Shown one piece after another: positions 14,731-28,632 of a stretch of DNA of 64,000 nucleotides. The position numbers were made by a program, and so were the translations under genes. The notes beneath the pieces were generated by a model, which saw nothing but the letters and a program-made list of their open reading frames with translations, made no database searches and was not told the DNA's origin. Numbering within the stretch: the first letter of the stretch is position 1; the number at the start of each line of letters is the position of its first letter. The DNA is from the human T2T-CHM13v2.0 reference genome, Homo sapiens. The stretch is taken from the NCBI RefSeq assembly GCF_009914755.1, contig NC_060947.1. One strand, 5' to 3'.

Positions 14731-15079
14731 ATGTGTCCTGAGGATAGGGATGATATGTTATTTATCTTGCATTTGTGAGACACTGTGCAAATATATTTGC
14801 ATCTTTCAGGCACTGGAATAAATAAGAAGACAAAATTTGGCCTCTGTTCTCAAAAGCAAAAACAAACAAACAAAAAAGGTTAAACATGTAAAATGCCACC
14901 CATCTATTGGCTGGATCTCAATATCCAGAATGAATTGCTCTTTTTCCGTTGTCGGAAAGCACATTGTTTTCACCTGTATTAACTACATATGCTATTCTTC
15001 CTTTATAAAGTTAGTTGCTTATTTGTTACCAGTTATAATTTTTGTCAATGCCCTCCAGCCAAAAACTACCAGAAACACA

Positions 15080-15900
15080 ACTGTAGTTGAACAATTTGGG
15101 TTTACTACTTGTTAGAGTGAGGGAGAACACACACCATGGGTGTTATGGGCTGATTTGCATTTCCCCAAAAATTCATATGTTGAAGCTCTGACTATTCCCA
15201 GTACCCCAGAATGTGACTGCTTGGAGATAGGGCCTTTGCAGAGGATACTAAGTTAAAATAAGGCCTTGAGAATGGGCCCTAATCTAATATGACTGAGGTC
15301 CTTATAAGAGGAGAAAATTAGGACACAGACAACACAAAAAGGCCATCTGCAAGCCAAGGAGATGGTGATCTCAGGAGAAACCAGACCTACTGACACCTTC
15401 ATCTTGGACTTTTAACCTCCAGAACTGTGAGAAAATAAATCTCAGTTGTTTTAATCACTCAGTCTGTAATATTTTGTTATGGCAGCCAGAGCGAACTAAT
15501 AAAACAGGAAATCATGGGGTGTCTCAGATAAAAGGTGGTAGAAAGGACTTATAGGATTTGGATTTTGGTTGGGTAATTGGGGGAGGGTTTAAGAAAGTGG
15601 GAATTAATTCTACATTGAATGCTCTCAGAAAGCAAGGGCAATTCTGTGACTGGGCATCTTAATAAATCTTATCTATTGGGAGGTAGACTAAAGTGGAGAT
15701 AAGGCTTTTGTGGGTTTTTTGTCTGTGCTTAGACAAAATTATGAAGAGGCCTTGTTTTGTTTCATTTTGTCATGTTCTCAGTGTAACATTGTCTGATGTC
15801 AGTATTTTGTGAGAGTGTTTATGTCCATCAGGAGACCAGCCATGGCCTACCTGTGAGTGCCAGGTCATCTTCCAGGTGGCTTTTCTTCTTCTTTAAGACA
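15080..15900. mobile_element. Probable old ERV LTR (family not assigned), split by MLT1B
   Basis: LTR-like composition on both sides of the MLT1B; family not recognised with certainty. Confidence 0.4.
15141..15503 (+). mobile_element. MLT1B-like MaLR solo LTR
   Basis: tgttatgggctga...aaattcatatgttgaag...cctccagaactgtgagaaaataaat...ttgttatggcagcc..gaactaata. Confidence 0.85.
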
Positions 15901-15919
15901 GGTTTAAGTGTGACTACTT

Positions 15920-16110
15920 AACAATGTCCATTAGTTGTGTGGCTTTGGGCAAGTTACTTTACTTGTCTGTGCTTCAGTTTCCTCATTTATATTAATAATT
16001 GAGAAAAAAAATTGTGTTAACCATGGAGTTGTTATGGGAACTAAATGAAGGAATAAATATAATGTCCTCAGAACACTGCTTGGCACATAGGCAGCCTTCA
16101 CTGAATGTGA
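15920..16110 (+). mobile_element. MIR SINE
   Basis: tgtgtggctttgggcaagttacttt..gtgcttcagtttcctcat...cttggcacatagg. Confidence 0.75.
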
Positions 16111-16329
16111 GTTATTATCCATGTCTGTTTTCTCCAACAGACCATATAGCTTAAATTGCATATTATTATAGTTATATATTGGTACTTTCTCCTTTGCTAG
16201 GCCATGAGCTCCTTGAGGGCAGGGACAACGTGTACTGGCATGGTGATAATAGCTAACTTTTACTGAATGTTTTCAATGGGCCAGGCACAGATATTAACTG
16301 TAGTTACTCCATGAAAACTTTTGAGGGCC

Positions 16330-16560
16330 CATCCCTACCTTTAGACTAGCCTGGGCATTCTCTCTGTGCTCCCATAGCATTTGGGTTTACTGTAATCATT
16401 ACACTTAGTATATGATACTGACACTGTCTGCTTATGTGTCTTCTTCCCTTTCTAGACTGTTCATTTATGAAGAGTAGAGCAGATACCTTCAACTTTGATG
16501 TCCATGTCTGAGCACAGTGCCCAGAACAACAGAGGCACTCAATATAAAAACACTGATTGG
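16330..16560 (+). mobile_element. L2 3' fragment
   Basis: ctagactgt...gcacagtgcccagaac..ggcactcaata. Confidence 0.55.
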
Positions 16561-19559
16561 ATTTTCAGTACGTTCTTTGCTTCTTCTAGAGCGGAACTCA
16601 AATCAGGCCTATCTTAGCCTCCATCATCCCTTTCCCTGGGGTTTTATTGTCTAAAAACATAACAGAGAATCTCAAATAGAGTGGTCCTCCCTGTAAGGCA
16701 GATCTAAAGAAGAGAATCACTGTGAGACTTCAATTCAAGAAGGTGCCATTTGGGAATAATTGGTCTCTGCTATTTAACAGTCAATGGTAGCATATCCATT
16801 AGACCAAAGGGGGGTAATGAAGTATGAGACCTGAACCTAGAATCTTGGGTGTTAACCTTAATTCAGCCATAAACAAACTGTGTGATGTTTAGAAAATTAC
16901 CAAACCTCTCTGAACCATAGTTTTTCCATAGGGGGCATGGAGAACATAATCTCTCCACTGGCTAATAGATTAGATAACAAAGATTAAAGAGAGTTTACTG
17001 GAGTTTCTCTTTGGGAAAAACATTTCATTCCTCCATTACTTCCATGTTACATGCCTGCAAGATTCTCAGCCTCTGTAACTGGTATCATAAAATGGCTACA
17101 TTCTTTCAGATGCCAGCCAAAAGCCAAGGGAGTTGTGGTTTTTGGCTTGCCATATCACCTCCCTATCGGCCCCACAACTCAGCCTGCTCCCAAAGAAGGG
17201 AGCTACAGTGTCTGTATATTTCTGGGGCATAACAGATGTTGACATTCTGGAGATAGATCCAGAAAGTTTCTTTCTATCATGCTGAGGCCAGACACAGGAT
17301 GTCTTTCAGCCCAAACGTATGTTTTTAGCCCAGAAGGATAAAAGAAGGTGAATGACAGAAATAACATTATTATGGTATCATATGCATATACAAAAACTAG
17401 CATATTACTTATGAAAGAAACTACCATATTACTTTTCATATAATGTACCACTATTGTGCCCAGATACTATATAGTAATTATACTAATGGCCTCTGGCTGG
17501 GAGTTTATGGTGGCTTTCCCTGGTGAATTTCAAAGAATGGCCCAAAGGAACTGAAAGGAGGTTACAGAACTGAGAGGTCAACGAATCAAAATCAAAACAA
17601 GCATCGGCTGTTCCTCTTGTTTGAGGGGCAGCACCCAGGGCTCCATTTAAATACAGTGGAACTGACAAGCTGGCTCAATAATTCTCTCTTTTGTCCTAAA
17701 CAGTATTAGAAAACTATAGCTTTCCTGACAATAGACAGATGTCTCATTTTTTCCCCTTACAGCAGCCCTTGGAGGGGTAAGGGGATCCCTATTCTATGAA
17801 TTATTCGGCTAGTGTTTGATTTAGGCCCTGTATTAGGTCTCAGGAGGAGAAAACAGAGACAATTAAAGACACTTTTTTTTTTTTTTTTTTGCCTCAAAGG
17901 ACTTTATAGTCTAGAAGGGGAAATGGAAACACAGGAAGGCAACACTCTCAGGCTGTGCAGATTCAGGGCTGAAAGAGAGGTGAGAAAAAGGGCTTCAGGA
18001 TACCAAAGGAGTTTGGGAGTCCCTGAGCCTGCCCCAGGAGTGGTAGCCCGGGAAGAGAAGTATGACTGTACTAGGCAGTAAGGAGAAGAGCATATCAAGC
18101 ATGAGGAAGAGCATGAGCTGAGGAAGTGCTGAGGCAGGATGATGAGCAATGTGTTTGGGAGTCGGTTGACATGTACAGCATGTCTGGAGCCAAGGGCTTG
18201 TTCAGTGGAGCAAGCAAAATTTGGAGGGGTTGGATGGGGCCACACATGAACGGCTTTGGAACTCTAGGATATATTAACCTTAAATTCTCACTCCGTACTT
18301 TATAAATGTGGAAAAGAAAGGTCATGGTCACACGGTAGATAGGTAGATATCTGAGAAAGTTACCCTTGATGTTCAGACGATAGGCAATGAATAACATTTA
18401 TGATTTCTGATATACTTTCACACACATCATGTCTTCTGTTCATGACAATCTATTGAAACAAAGTGCCCCATAGCAGATATTCCCTTTCCTCCTACTTCCT
18501 TGAAGCCTTATAACAAACAAACAAACATAACCTGTTGATTGCACTCATTGTCCTATGGAGGTGGATCTGAGTTGTTGAGAGAGGAGGTAAATAGTAGGGC
18601 TCACAAATAGAGCCCAGATGAGCAAAGTGCTGGTTCCCAGAGTGTCTGGGGTGTCCTGCCCCCATTTGTCCAACATGCTCAGGTGCCTTGGCTGCTGTGT
18701 TCAAAGCTAGCCTGGACAAGGACAGCTCCTGCACTTGAGTACTTCTCCTCTCGGGGTGAGCCTTTGAAACATGCTGGGACAGGGTTGAGTGACTCAAAGT
18801 TTGGGAACTGAGATCTGGAGAAAACCACTTCCATCTTTAATTGCCAACAGCCATTGGAGAAGCCCCAGATGAAGCCAGGCCAAACAGCTCAGCACACAAG
18901 GCCCTGTAACACAGTTCTAGCCACAAGCCAAAGATGTTCGTGGCTTTGGCAGCACTGAGCAAGGTGGGAGCTGTGGTGGGTGTAGTGAGGAAATGTGTCC
19001 AGCCTTAGGACAGTACCATGGACAGAGATCAGCAGGCATCTTTAACCGGTTCCCACAGTGAAGTGCAGCCCTCCATCATGCAGCTGAATGCCTGGGTGAC
19101 ACTGCAGTTCTGTGGGTAATATATGGAGTGTGTGATGTGGGTTTTGGGCTTCTCAGAGTTGAATACCACCAGAGCACCCTGTACAGTGTGAGCTCTCTCT
19201 GTCAAGCACAGACTTACAGGCCTTATTCACTGTGGGAAGTATTAGTAATGGCACTTTCAACAGTGCCACTGTTGAAGATTTCAATGTAGTCTCATGGTTT
19301 GAGGAGGAGGCACACACTGAGCTCACCTAGCTCCAGAATCATCTGGTCCAGGATTTCTTGGACATGGTAACCTCTGCTCCCTTAAGTAAATGACCTCAAA
19401 AGACTCCTCTTCATGTGAAATCCAGTGTCTCAGAGTGTACCTCACTCCCCCATCCCCATCAAGCCAGGTAAAGGGGAGGAGGATTGAGCTGTATTATAGT
19501 AGAAAAATGCTAGAAGTGGAATTAAATAACATGGGGTTCTACCCTTTACTAATGTGATC

Positions 19560-19695
19560 CTGGGTGCGGTGGCTCATGCCTGAGATCTCAGCACTTTGAG
19601 AGGCTGAGGTAGAAGGATCGCTTGAGGCCAGAGGTTTGAGACCAGCCTGGGCGGTGTAGTGAGACCCCATATCATAAAAATAATAAATAAATAAA
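19560..19695 (+). mobile_element. FLAM (free left Alu monomer) within a degenerate MIR
   Basis: tgggtgcggtggctcatgcctg...gaccagcctgggc..gtgagacccc plus A-rich tail. Confidence 0.85.
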
Positions 19696-20489
19696 TCCAT
19701 AGTATTCTAATCTGTAAAAAAGGGGCCAATGATAATAATCCTATCTTACAGAGAACATGTGAGCAGTTCATGAGTTAAGGTGTATGAAAACGCCTGCAAA
19801 AGGCTTATATATAGAGGTATATAATAAATGTGTCTATTCATGCATATATTCCAGAAGCTCCTAAGATTTCCCATCCTGCAAGAAGGGTTTCCTAATTCAT
19901 TGATGGAGGTATGTTTCCTTCTATCTATACTAGCAGTTCCTATGATATTCTCCTTTTACCCTGTTAAATAACTGCTGTTCCTGCTTATGTTGACAATGAT
20001 GGTGATAGTGATAGTATAATGTGGATAACAATGACTGGCTGAGACCATAGAATACATAGTATGGGTAAAAGATAGTGAGAGAAGAAGAATACTTTAGGAA
20101 GGAAACAGAAGCTCTGGCTTGTTTGGAGGTCTGATCTTCCCTAAACTAGCCTCTTTGGGTCCATCTACATAGGCATTCATGCCAAATCCCTAAAAATATT
20201 GCACCAAAGATTCTTCAGCAAAAGGCATCCTAAGAAGCTTCTACCCTGAATAGGGGGTGTATTTCAAAAGTGAATGCATAACAAGCCAGGAAAAGAGATG
20301 ATTCCATTAATCTAAAACAAATGCTTCCTGAGCATCTTTTTTGGCTACATACAAACCAATCCATTGGCATCTAGAAAATGTAGAGACAACATATACCCAG
20401 TGTGACTATCTGTTCAGAACAGTCCATGTGTGTCTTCAACTTTGCTAAATAACACATGGACACTCTCTACTTTATATCCCCATGTCTTT

Positions 20490-20880
20490 TCTCAGGAAAT
20501 ATCCTGCAAAGACCTTTGCACAAGTTCTTTGTTCTGCCTAGAATGTCCTTTCCTCCTCGGGTGATCTGCCCCTCACCTGCCAAAGCTTCGCTTGAATGCC
20601 ACCTCCTCACTGAAGTGTTCCTTGACTTCCTACCCTTCCAAGAAGAATGAGTGGCTATTTCTTCTGGTCTCTTATGCATCTTGCATAAATCTCTATTAAA
20701 GAACTTATCTTTGTGTATTATATGTATTTGGGCATGTGTCTGCTCCCACATTGGACTGAGAATTTCTAGCTCTTGGAGGGTAGGGACCTTGCTGCCTTCT
20801 CTTTATCTTTTCATTCTTTAGGTACTGCCAGGCACTTACATTTGAAGAATAAAATGTCTTAATAAGTGAATGAGCTGGAG
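20490..20880 (+). mobile_element. L2 3' fragment
   Basis: gttctgcctagaatgtcc...aatgccacctcctcactgaag...taataagtgaatga. Confidence 0.6.
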
Positions 20881-21489
20881 ATTTCGTGCACACTCTTACA
20901 CCAGCTATGGCCCCAAAGATGCGTGCTCCTAAGACATGTCTTTCAAAGAACAGTGGGGTCTTTCTTAAGACTGGCTTTGTCAACATATTCATCAAAATCT
21001 GGATGAGGTTGGGTCAATTGCCAGTCTCCTCATCCATTATGAGATGACCCTGACGAGGACCACTGTCTCTGCAAGAGGTTCATTCAGTTCTAGGATTGGT
21101 GTGACCCTGAAGAAACCTGAAGATGCCCTCATGTCCCCCTGACTGAACTCAGATGGTTCTAGAGTGGAGAGACATTTGCAGGATAAACAAGAAGAGAAAA
21201 AAAAGAGAGTAGAGAAGAACAGAAAAAGGAAATGAGGGGGAGAGATGGGAAGGAGAGAAAGAGCTAGAAGGGAGGGGACAGCAGAAAGAGGCAGACATGC
21301 CACCTTAAATCAGATGGGAGACATTGTAGGAGTTGGAAGATGACAGTTAATTGGTACCATTTTCATGTAAAATCGTATCACTGAGTTTTCACAGGCATAT
21401 AGCTAATGCTTATGGTCACACACTCTGACCCATACGATACCAACAACAAACACCTGTACCCTTTACATTCCACAAGAATGGAAGCAAGG

Positions 21490-22240
21490 TGTAGTAGACA
21501 CAGGGTCTGGTGTGAGGCAGATGTGGATTCAAACCCTGAGTGGTGTGCCTTTGATCAAAGAACAACTCTCTGAGGCTTATTTTCCTTTCCTGTCAAATGA
21601 AAATAATATTTGCCTTGTAGAGTTATCTATCTTATGAAGATTAGTGGTACTGTTCATAAAGCGTTTGGTAAATAGGCAGTCAACAAATAATAGCTACTAT
21701 TATTACTGTGCTATCAGAATACTGCATAGTGAATAAAAGCAGACTTTGGAGTCAGACTTCATTTGAATTCTATTTCTGCTGTTTACTAGTTAGATTTTAT
21801 ACCCAGCTTCTGAGAAATTAGCTCCCCTACCCTTAGAATTGTTACCTAGGCAGTGTAGTGTAAGGGCATGATCTCTAAAGTTTTAATCGTGGCTCTTTCA
21901 TTTACTGTGTGATGCTGAATAAGTTATCTGACATTTCTGAGCCTGTTTCCCCAACTGTAAAGTGGGAGGATAATAATAGTATCAGTTCCCTAGAGTTGTT
22001 GTGAAGATTAAATGAGTTAATTTATACTTAAAACTATAATGCTTAAATGTGTATCTGGAAGATAGTAAGACCTCAATAAAAATCAGCTCTTTCAGTATCC
22101 TGAAATACTTTCCAAATTCATTGTTTCATTTATTTCTTACAATACCCTGTAAAATGTATATTCTCATTCTAATTTTATAGATGAGGAAACTGAGGCTTAG
22201 ACTGGTTCAAGTTCACATAGGTAGCAATTGACAGGGCCAG
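21490..22240. mobile_element. Cluster of MIR fragments (+ at ~21490-21700 and ~21850-22090; - at ~22100-22240)
   Basis: MIR cores ctctctgaggcttattttcc; tctgagcctgtttccccaactgtaaagtggg; ttttatagatgaggaaactgaggc. Confidence 0.7.
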
Positions 22241-22989
22241 AACAAAAGGTGTTTGCTGAGTAACTATATGCAATGTCTCTCTCTTCTCCACTTTAAAACA
22301 GATATCTAGACTATTTCTCAGTGCTTTTCCTTGAATGTCATGCAATGTGTCAGGTGTGTCAGGAACGCTTTCTAAAAATGCAGTATAGCCTCATTATCAG
22401 CAAACATGCTGGATGGGCTTTGAATTGCGTACTTGTTCTTCTGAACACTTGCTTCTGAACACTCAGCTACATATCACCTCCTATGAAAGGCAGATCCATC
22501 GTTCTCTGCTTTGCAGATCACTTAACATTGCCTTTTCTTGGAATCAGAGTTCTTCCTTTGCACATTTGGTCATTCTGGCAAAATGCTTCTCCCCTTTGTC
22601 TGACCTAATTAGCTAGAATTTACAGCTCTAAGGTATTAATTTCCACAAACACATTTTTGACCCAGCAAAGTTGGCTAAAAACACATTTCTGTAAAGAGAA
22701 TCCTAATTCTCTAATTCTCTATTGACTTTCGTTGTAAAGTTGCAGGCGTGTTCCCATGGAAACTGTCCCCACAACACGCTGAATCAAAAGCTTTTGGTGA
22801 AGAAGGGTCGTCTATGCTGTTCTGGAAAGGACTGGGCAAGACTGGGCCGTGTATGAAATAATGTATATGAAAACAAAGTGCTATATAAATTGAAGATAGT
22901 ACTAATAGAAGCAGCAGGACAAGAATCCACTCTCAGTCCCACAGCCATGCTTGCCTACTTTCATCATCTGGAAGGTATTAGAAGTCACC

Positions 22990-23620
22990 CTACCTTAGAT
23001 CTTTGCAAACTGCACTCCACACCCCCTCCCCACACCTATCATCAGCCCTCCCTATCACCCTTTGTTGCTTTAAAAAAAAACCTCCATAGCACTAAACACC
23101 TACTAGCATACCAATTATTTTACATAGTTATTGTTTATTTTTGGCACCTTCCCCCATTAAAATGTAAGCAACATGAGAATATGAATTTTGTTTGTTTTTC
23201 ACTACTGTATCCTCATCACTTGGAACAATACCTAATATATCATAGATGCTCAATAAATACTTGTTGAATGAATGCATGAATGGAGGTTGTTTGCTCTGCC
23301 TGTAAAGCTCATTTCTCTGCTCAACCTCCTCCACCTGGTTAACCTCTTCACAGCCTTCGGAATACAGCTGAAATATCACTTCCTCAAGGACACTTTCCTG
23401 TTGCCTTAGCCTTGGTTGGATCCTCCTATCATATCTTGTAACAGCAGCCTATGCGTTTTTCCTATAGAGCACAATTAAATAATAAGTCATGTAATTTCTT
23501 GTTGTCTATCCCCTTCAGGACAGAAGCTCCATGAGGGCAGGGATTGCATTGGGTTCACTTCTGAGTGCCTAGAATAGGGCCTGGCACATGACAGGTGCTT
23601 AGTAAATAAGGTATGAATTG
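22990..23620 (+). mobile_element. Two L2 3'-end fragments
   Basis: gctcaataaatacttgttgaatgaatg; aagctccatgagggcaggg...cctggcacatgacaggtgcttagtaaat. Confidence 0.7.
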
Positions 23621-26600
23621 CTAAATAAAGATTGTGTCAGTTATGGGATGGAGCTCAGGTGGGAGGGTGGTCTCAGCTTGAGCACATACTGGTTAGCATA
23701 AGATTCAGACATGTTTAGAGGACTGACAGGATGGTCTTTCAAGGGATCTATTTAGATGAAGGATTGAGAAGCCTTCTGGGAAAGAATCCAGTTAGAAAAA
23801 AAAAAAAGAGTGGAGGCTCACAAGGTTGGATCAACAGCAGTACAGCAGTGAACAGCTTGAGAGAGAAAGGTAAAACTCAACAGGGCACTGATTGCAGTGT
23901 CTGTCACTCAGCTTTTTCTTTGGCCCTGATCTTGGGGCACTCAAGCCTGAGTTTTAAAGACAGTGTGACAGGAGGAAAAACAAGTAAATCTCTTCTACCA
24001 AAAAGAGCAGATATAAGAAATATGAGACAGACCTGCTTTGGGAGCTTTCTTGTTAAATATAGCTTAAAAATGAAGGCATAACCTGGCTCAAAGAAGATCC
24101 ACAATGCAGACAATAAAGCCCTCAACATTAGTTCCCGGTGGCAGCACCATCTTTGGTGGTGGTGACAGTGGCTAGGGCAGTGGCAGCAGCATCTCTGGAA
24201 AACCAGAGGCTGGCACCTAAGCACTACAGGGAAGAAGAAAATGGTGGAAGACAAACTTCAGCTGAGAGAGCTGTGCTTGTGAAAATGTTTCCTAGCAAAT
24301 GCTTGGAAAGAATTAGGTTATGGTATTCTCATCTTTGTCCAGTAATTTACTTTGTAGAATAGAAGTTTGCCAACTCTGATATATTCTCTCTCCTTCTGTA
24401 ATCAAAAGGATCACCTAGCCTCAGTGCCATGGTCACTCCAGCAATTTTCAGCAACATGCACATCTCTCTTTCTCTCCATACTTCCAATTGGTTATGTTAC
24501 TTTTAGTTAAATATAACAGATTTATTGAGATGTAATTTGCCTACCAAACAAGACACCATTTTAAAGTATATAATTCAATTGTTTTTGGTACATGCACAGT
24601 TTCACAACCATTACTACAATCAATTTTAGAACACTGTCATCACCCCCAAAAGAAACAAAAAACCCAGTACCCACTAGCGGTAACTTTCCATCTATTCCCA
24701 ACATTCCCTCTCCAAGCCTAGGCAACTAATAATCTACTTTCTGAATCTATAGATTTGTCTATTCTGGATATGTCATACAAATGGATTATACAATATTGTG
24801 ACTGTCTTCTTTTATTACTTGCCATAATGTTTTCAAGGTTCATCCATGTTGTACCATGTATCATCAGATCTTCATTCCTTTTTACTAATGAATAATATTC
24901 CATTGTACAGATATACTGCATTTTATTCATCATTTGGTGGACATTTGGGCTGTGTACACTTTTTGGCTGCTATAAATAATGCTGCTATAAACATTAGCAT
25001 ACAAGTTTTTGTTTTCAGTTCTCTTGTGTATATACCTGGGAGTGGAATTTCTGGGTCATATGGAAACTCTATTTTACACATTTGGAGTAACTGTCAGACT
25101 GTTTTCCATAGAAGCTGCACCATTTTACATTCTTAACAGTAATGTATTAGGGTTCTAGTTTCTCCACATACTCATCAACACTTGTTATTATCTGTTTTCT
25201 TTTCTTTTTTTTTTTACTTTTATTTTAGGTTGAGGGGTACATGTGCAGGCTTGTTCTATAGATAAATTGCATGTCATGGGGATTGGTGTACAGATATTTC
25301 ATCATCCAGGTAATAATCATAATACCAAATAGGTAGTTTTTTGATCCTCTCCCTCCTCTCACCCTCCACCCTTAAGTAGACCCTGGTGTCCATTGTTTCC
25401 TTCTTTGTGTCCATGTGTACTCAATGTTTAGCTCACAGTTATAAGTGAGATCATGTGGTATTTGCTTTCCTATTCCTGTGTTAATTCACTTGGGATAATG
25501 GCCTCCAGCTCCATCTATGTTGCTGCAAACGATATAATATCATGGTGTATAGGTACCACATTTTCTTTATTAAGTCTGCCGGAACTAATGTTGAGGGCTT
25601 TTAGGTTTATGGGCATTTAGGTTGATTTCATGAATTTGCTATTGTGAATAGTGCTGCAATGAACATATGCATGTGTGTGTTTTTATGGAGAACCATTTGT
25701 ATTCCTTTGGGTATATACCCAAAAACGGGATTGCTGAGTTGAATGGTATTTCTGTTTTAAGTTCTTTGAGAAATTGCCAAGCTGCTTTCCACAATGGCTG
25801 AACTAATTTACATTCCCATCAGCATTGCATAAGCAACCTAGCCAGCATCTGTTATCTTTCAACTTTTTAATAATAGCCATTGTGGCTGGTGTGAGATGGT
25901 ATCTCATTGTGGTTTTGACCTGCAGTTCTTTAATAATTAGTGATGTTGAGCATTATTTCATATGCTTGTTAGCTGTGTGTATGTCTTCTTTTGAAAAGTG
26001 TTTTTTCATGTCCTTTGCCTATCTTTTAATGGGGTTGTTTGGTCTTTGCCTGCAAATTTGTTTAAATTCCTTACAGATTCTGGATATTAGACCTTTGTCA
26101 CATGCATAGTTTGCTAATATTTTCTCCCATTCTGTAGGCTGTCCGTTTAATCTGTTGATAGTTTCTTTTGCTATGCAGAAACTCTTTAGTTTAATTAGAT
26201 CCTATTTGTCAAATTTTGTTTTTGTTGCAATTGCTTTTGGCATCTTCCACATGAAATCTTTGCCAGATCCTATGTCAAGAATGGTATTTCCTAGGTCATA
26301 TTCCAGGATTTTTATACTTGTAGGTTTTACATTTAAGTCTTTAATCCATCTTTAGTTTATTTCATTGTATGGTGTAAGAAAGAGGTCCAGCTTCAATCCT
26401 TTGCATATGGCTAGCCAGTTATCTCACCACCATTTATTGAATAGAGCATTCTTTCCCTATTGTCTGGTTTTGCCTGCTGTGTCAAAGATCATATGGTTGT
26501 AGGTGTGTGGCCTTATTTCTGGGTTCTCTGTTCTGTTTCATTGGTCTATGTGTCTGTTTTTGTACCAGTATCATTCTGTTTTGGTAACTACAGCCTTTTA

Positions 26601-28504
26601 GTACAGTTTGAAGTTAGATAATGTGATACCTCCAGCTTCGTTCTTTTTACTTAGGATTGCCTGGGCTATTCTGGCTCTTTTTTGGTTCCATATCAATTTT
26701 AAAATAGATTTTTCTAATTCTTTGAAGAATGTCATTGATAGTTTGATAGAATAGCATTTAATCTGTAAATTTCTTTGGGCAGCATGGCAATTTTTAATAT
26801 ATTGCTTCTTCCTATCCATAGGCATGGAATGTTTTTCCATTTGTTTGTGTCATCACTGATTTATTTGAGCAGTGTTTTGTAATTCTTGTTGTAGTGATCT
26901 TGCACCTCCCTGGTTAGCAGTATTCTTTTTATGGCTATTGTGAATAGGATTGCATTCTTGATTTGGTACTCAGGTTGCATGTTGTTGATGTATAGGAATG
27001 CTACTGATTTTTGTACATTCATTTTTGTATTCAGAATCTTGCTGAAGTTGTTTTTCAGATCTCAGAACTCTTGGGAAGAAACTTTGGGGTTTTCTAGTTA
27101 TAGAATTATATCATCTGCAAACAGGGATAATTTTAATTCCTTTCTTTCTATTTGGATGCCATTATTTCTTTCTTTTGCCTGGTTGCTTTGTCTAGAACTT
27201 CCATTACTATGTGGAATAGGGGTAGTGAAAGTGGGCATCCTTGTCTTGTTCCCATTCTCAAGGGCAATGCTTCCAGCTTTTTCCCATTTGGTATGAAGTT
27301 GGCTATGGGTTTGTCATAAATGGCTCTTATTATTTTGAGGTGTGTTCCTTCAATGTATAGTTTGTTGAGGGTTTTAACAAGAAAAGCTGTTGTAATTTAT
27401 CAGAAGCCTTTTCTGCATCTATAGAGATGATCATGTGTTTTTTGTTTTTAGTTCTGTTTATGTGGTGAATCCTATATATTGATTTCCATATGTTGAACCA
27501 ACCTTGCATCCCAGGGATAAAGCCTACTTAATCCTGGTGGATTATCTTTTTGATGTGCTACTGGATTTGGTTTGCTAGTATTTCATTGAGGATTTTTTCA
27601 TCTATGTTCATCAAGGATATCTGCCTGAAGTGTTTTTTTTTTTTCATCTCTGCCAGACGTTGGTATCAAGATGATGCTGGCCTCATAAAATGAGTAGGGA
27701 AGAGTCCCTCCTACTCAATTTTTGGGAATAGTTTCAGCAGGAATGGTTCCAATTCTTCTTTATATATCTGGTAGAATTTGGCTATGAATCTATCTGGTCC
27801 AGGGCTTTTTTTCTGGTTGGTAGGCTTTTTATTACTGATTCAATTTTGGAACTTGTTACTGGTCCATTCAGGACTTCAATATCTACCTCGTTCAATCTTG
27901 TGATGTTGTATGTTTCCAGGAATTTAACCATTTCTTCTAGATGTTTTAGTTTGTGTGCATAGAGATGTTCATAATAGTCTCTGAGAGTTTGTTGTATTTC
28001 TGTAGGGTCAGTGGTAATGTCCCCTTTGTCATTTCTGATTGTGTTTATTTGGAGCTTCTCTCTTTTGTGTTTTTAGTCTAGCTATCCATCTCTCAATCTT
28101 ATTTATTCTTTCAAAAAACAAACTACTGGATTCGTTGATCTCTTGTATGATTTTTTGCATCTCAATTTCCTTCAGTTAAGCTCTGATTCTGGTTATTTCC
28201 TGTCTTCTGCTAGCTTTGTGGTTGATTTGCTGGTATTTCTCTAGTTCCTCTAGGTATGATGTTAGGTTGCCAATTTGAAATCTTTCTAACTTTTTGATGT
28301 GGGCATTTAGCACTGTAAACTTCCCTCTTAACAGTGCCTTAGCTGTGTCCTAGAGATTCTGGTATGAAGCCTCTTTGTTCTCATTAGTTTCAAAGAATTT
28401 CTTGATTTTTGCCTTAATTTGCTTGTTTACCCAAAAGTCATTTGTTAGTAGGTTGTTTAATTTCGATGTAATTGTATGGTGTTGTGTGATTTTCTTAGTA
28501 TTGA

Positions 28505-28632
28505 TTTTTTTTTGAAATACACTGAGTAATTTTTATTTATTTATTTATTTTTTATTATTATACTTTAAGTTCTAGGGTACATGTGCACAACGTGCAGGTT
28601 TGTTACATATGTATAGATGTGCCATGTTGGTT
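28505..28632 (-). mobile_element. Very short L1PA4/5-type 3' end nested in the L1PA15/16, with 16 extra nt between two A tails
   Basis: tatactttaagttctagggtacatgtgcacaacgtgcagg...gccatgttgg. Confidence 0.85.
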
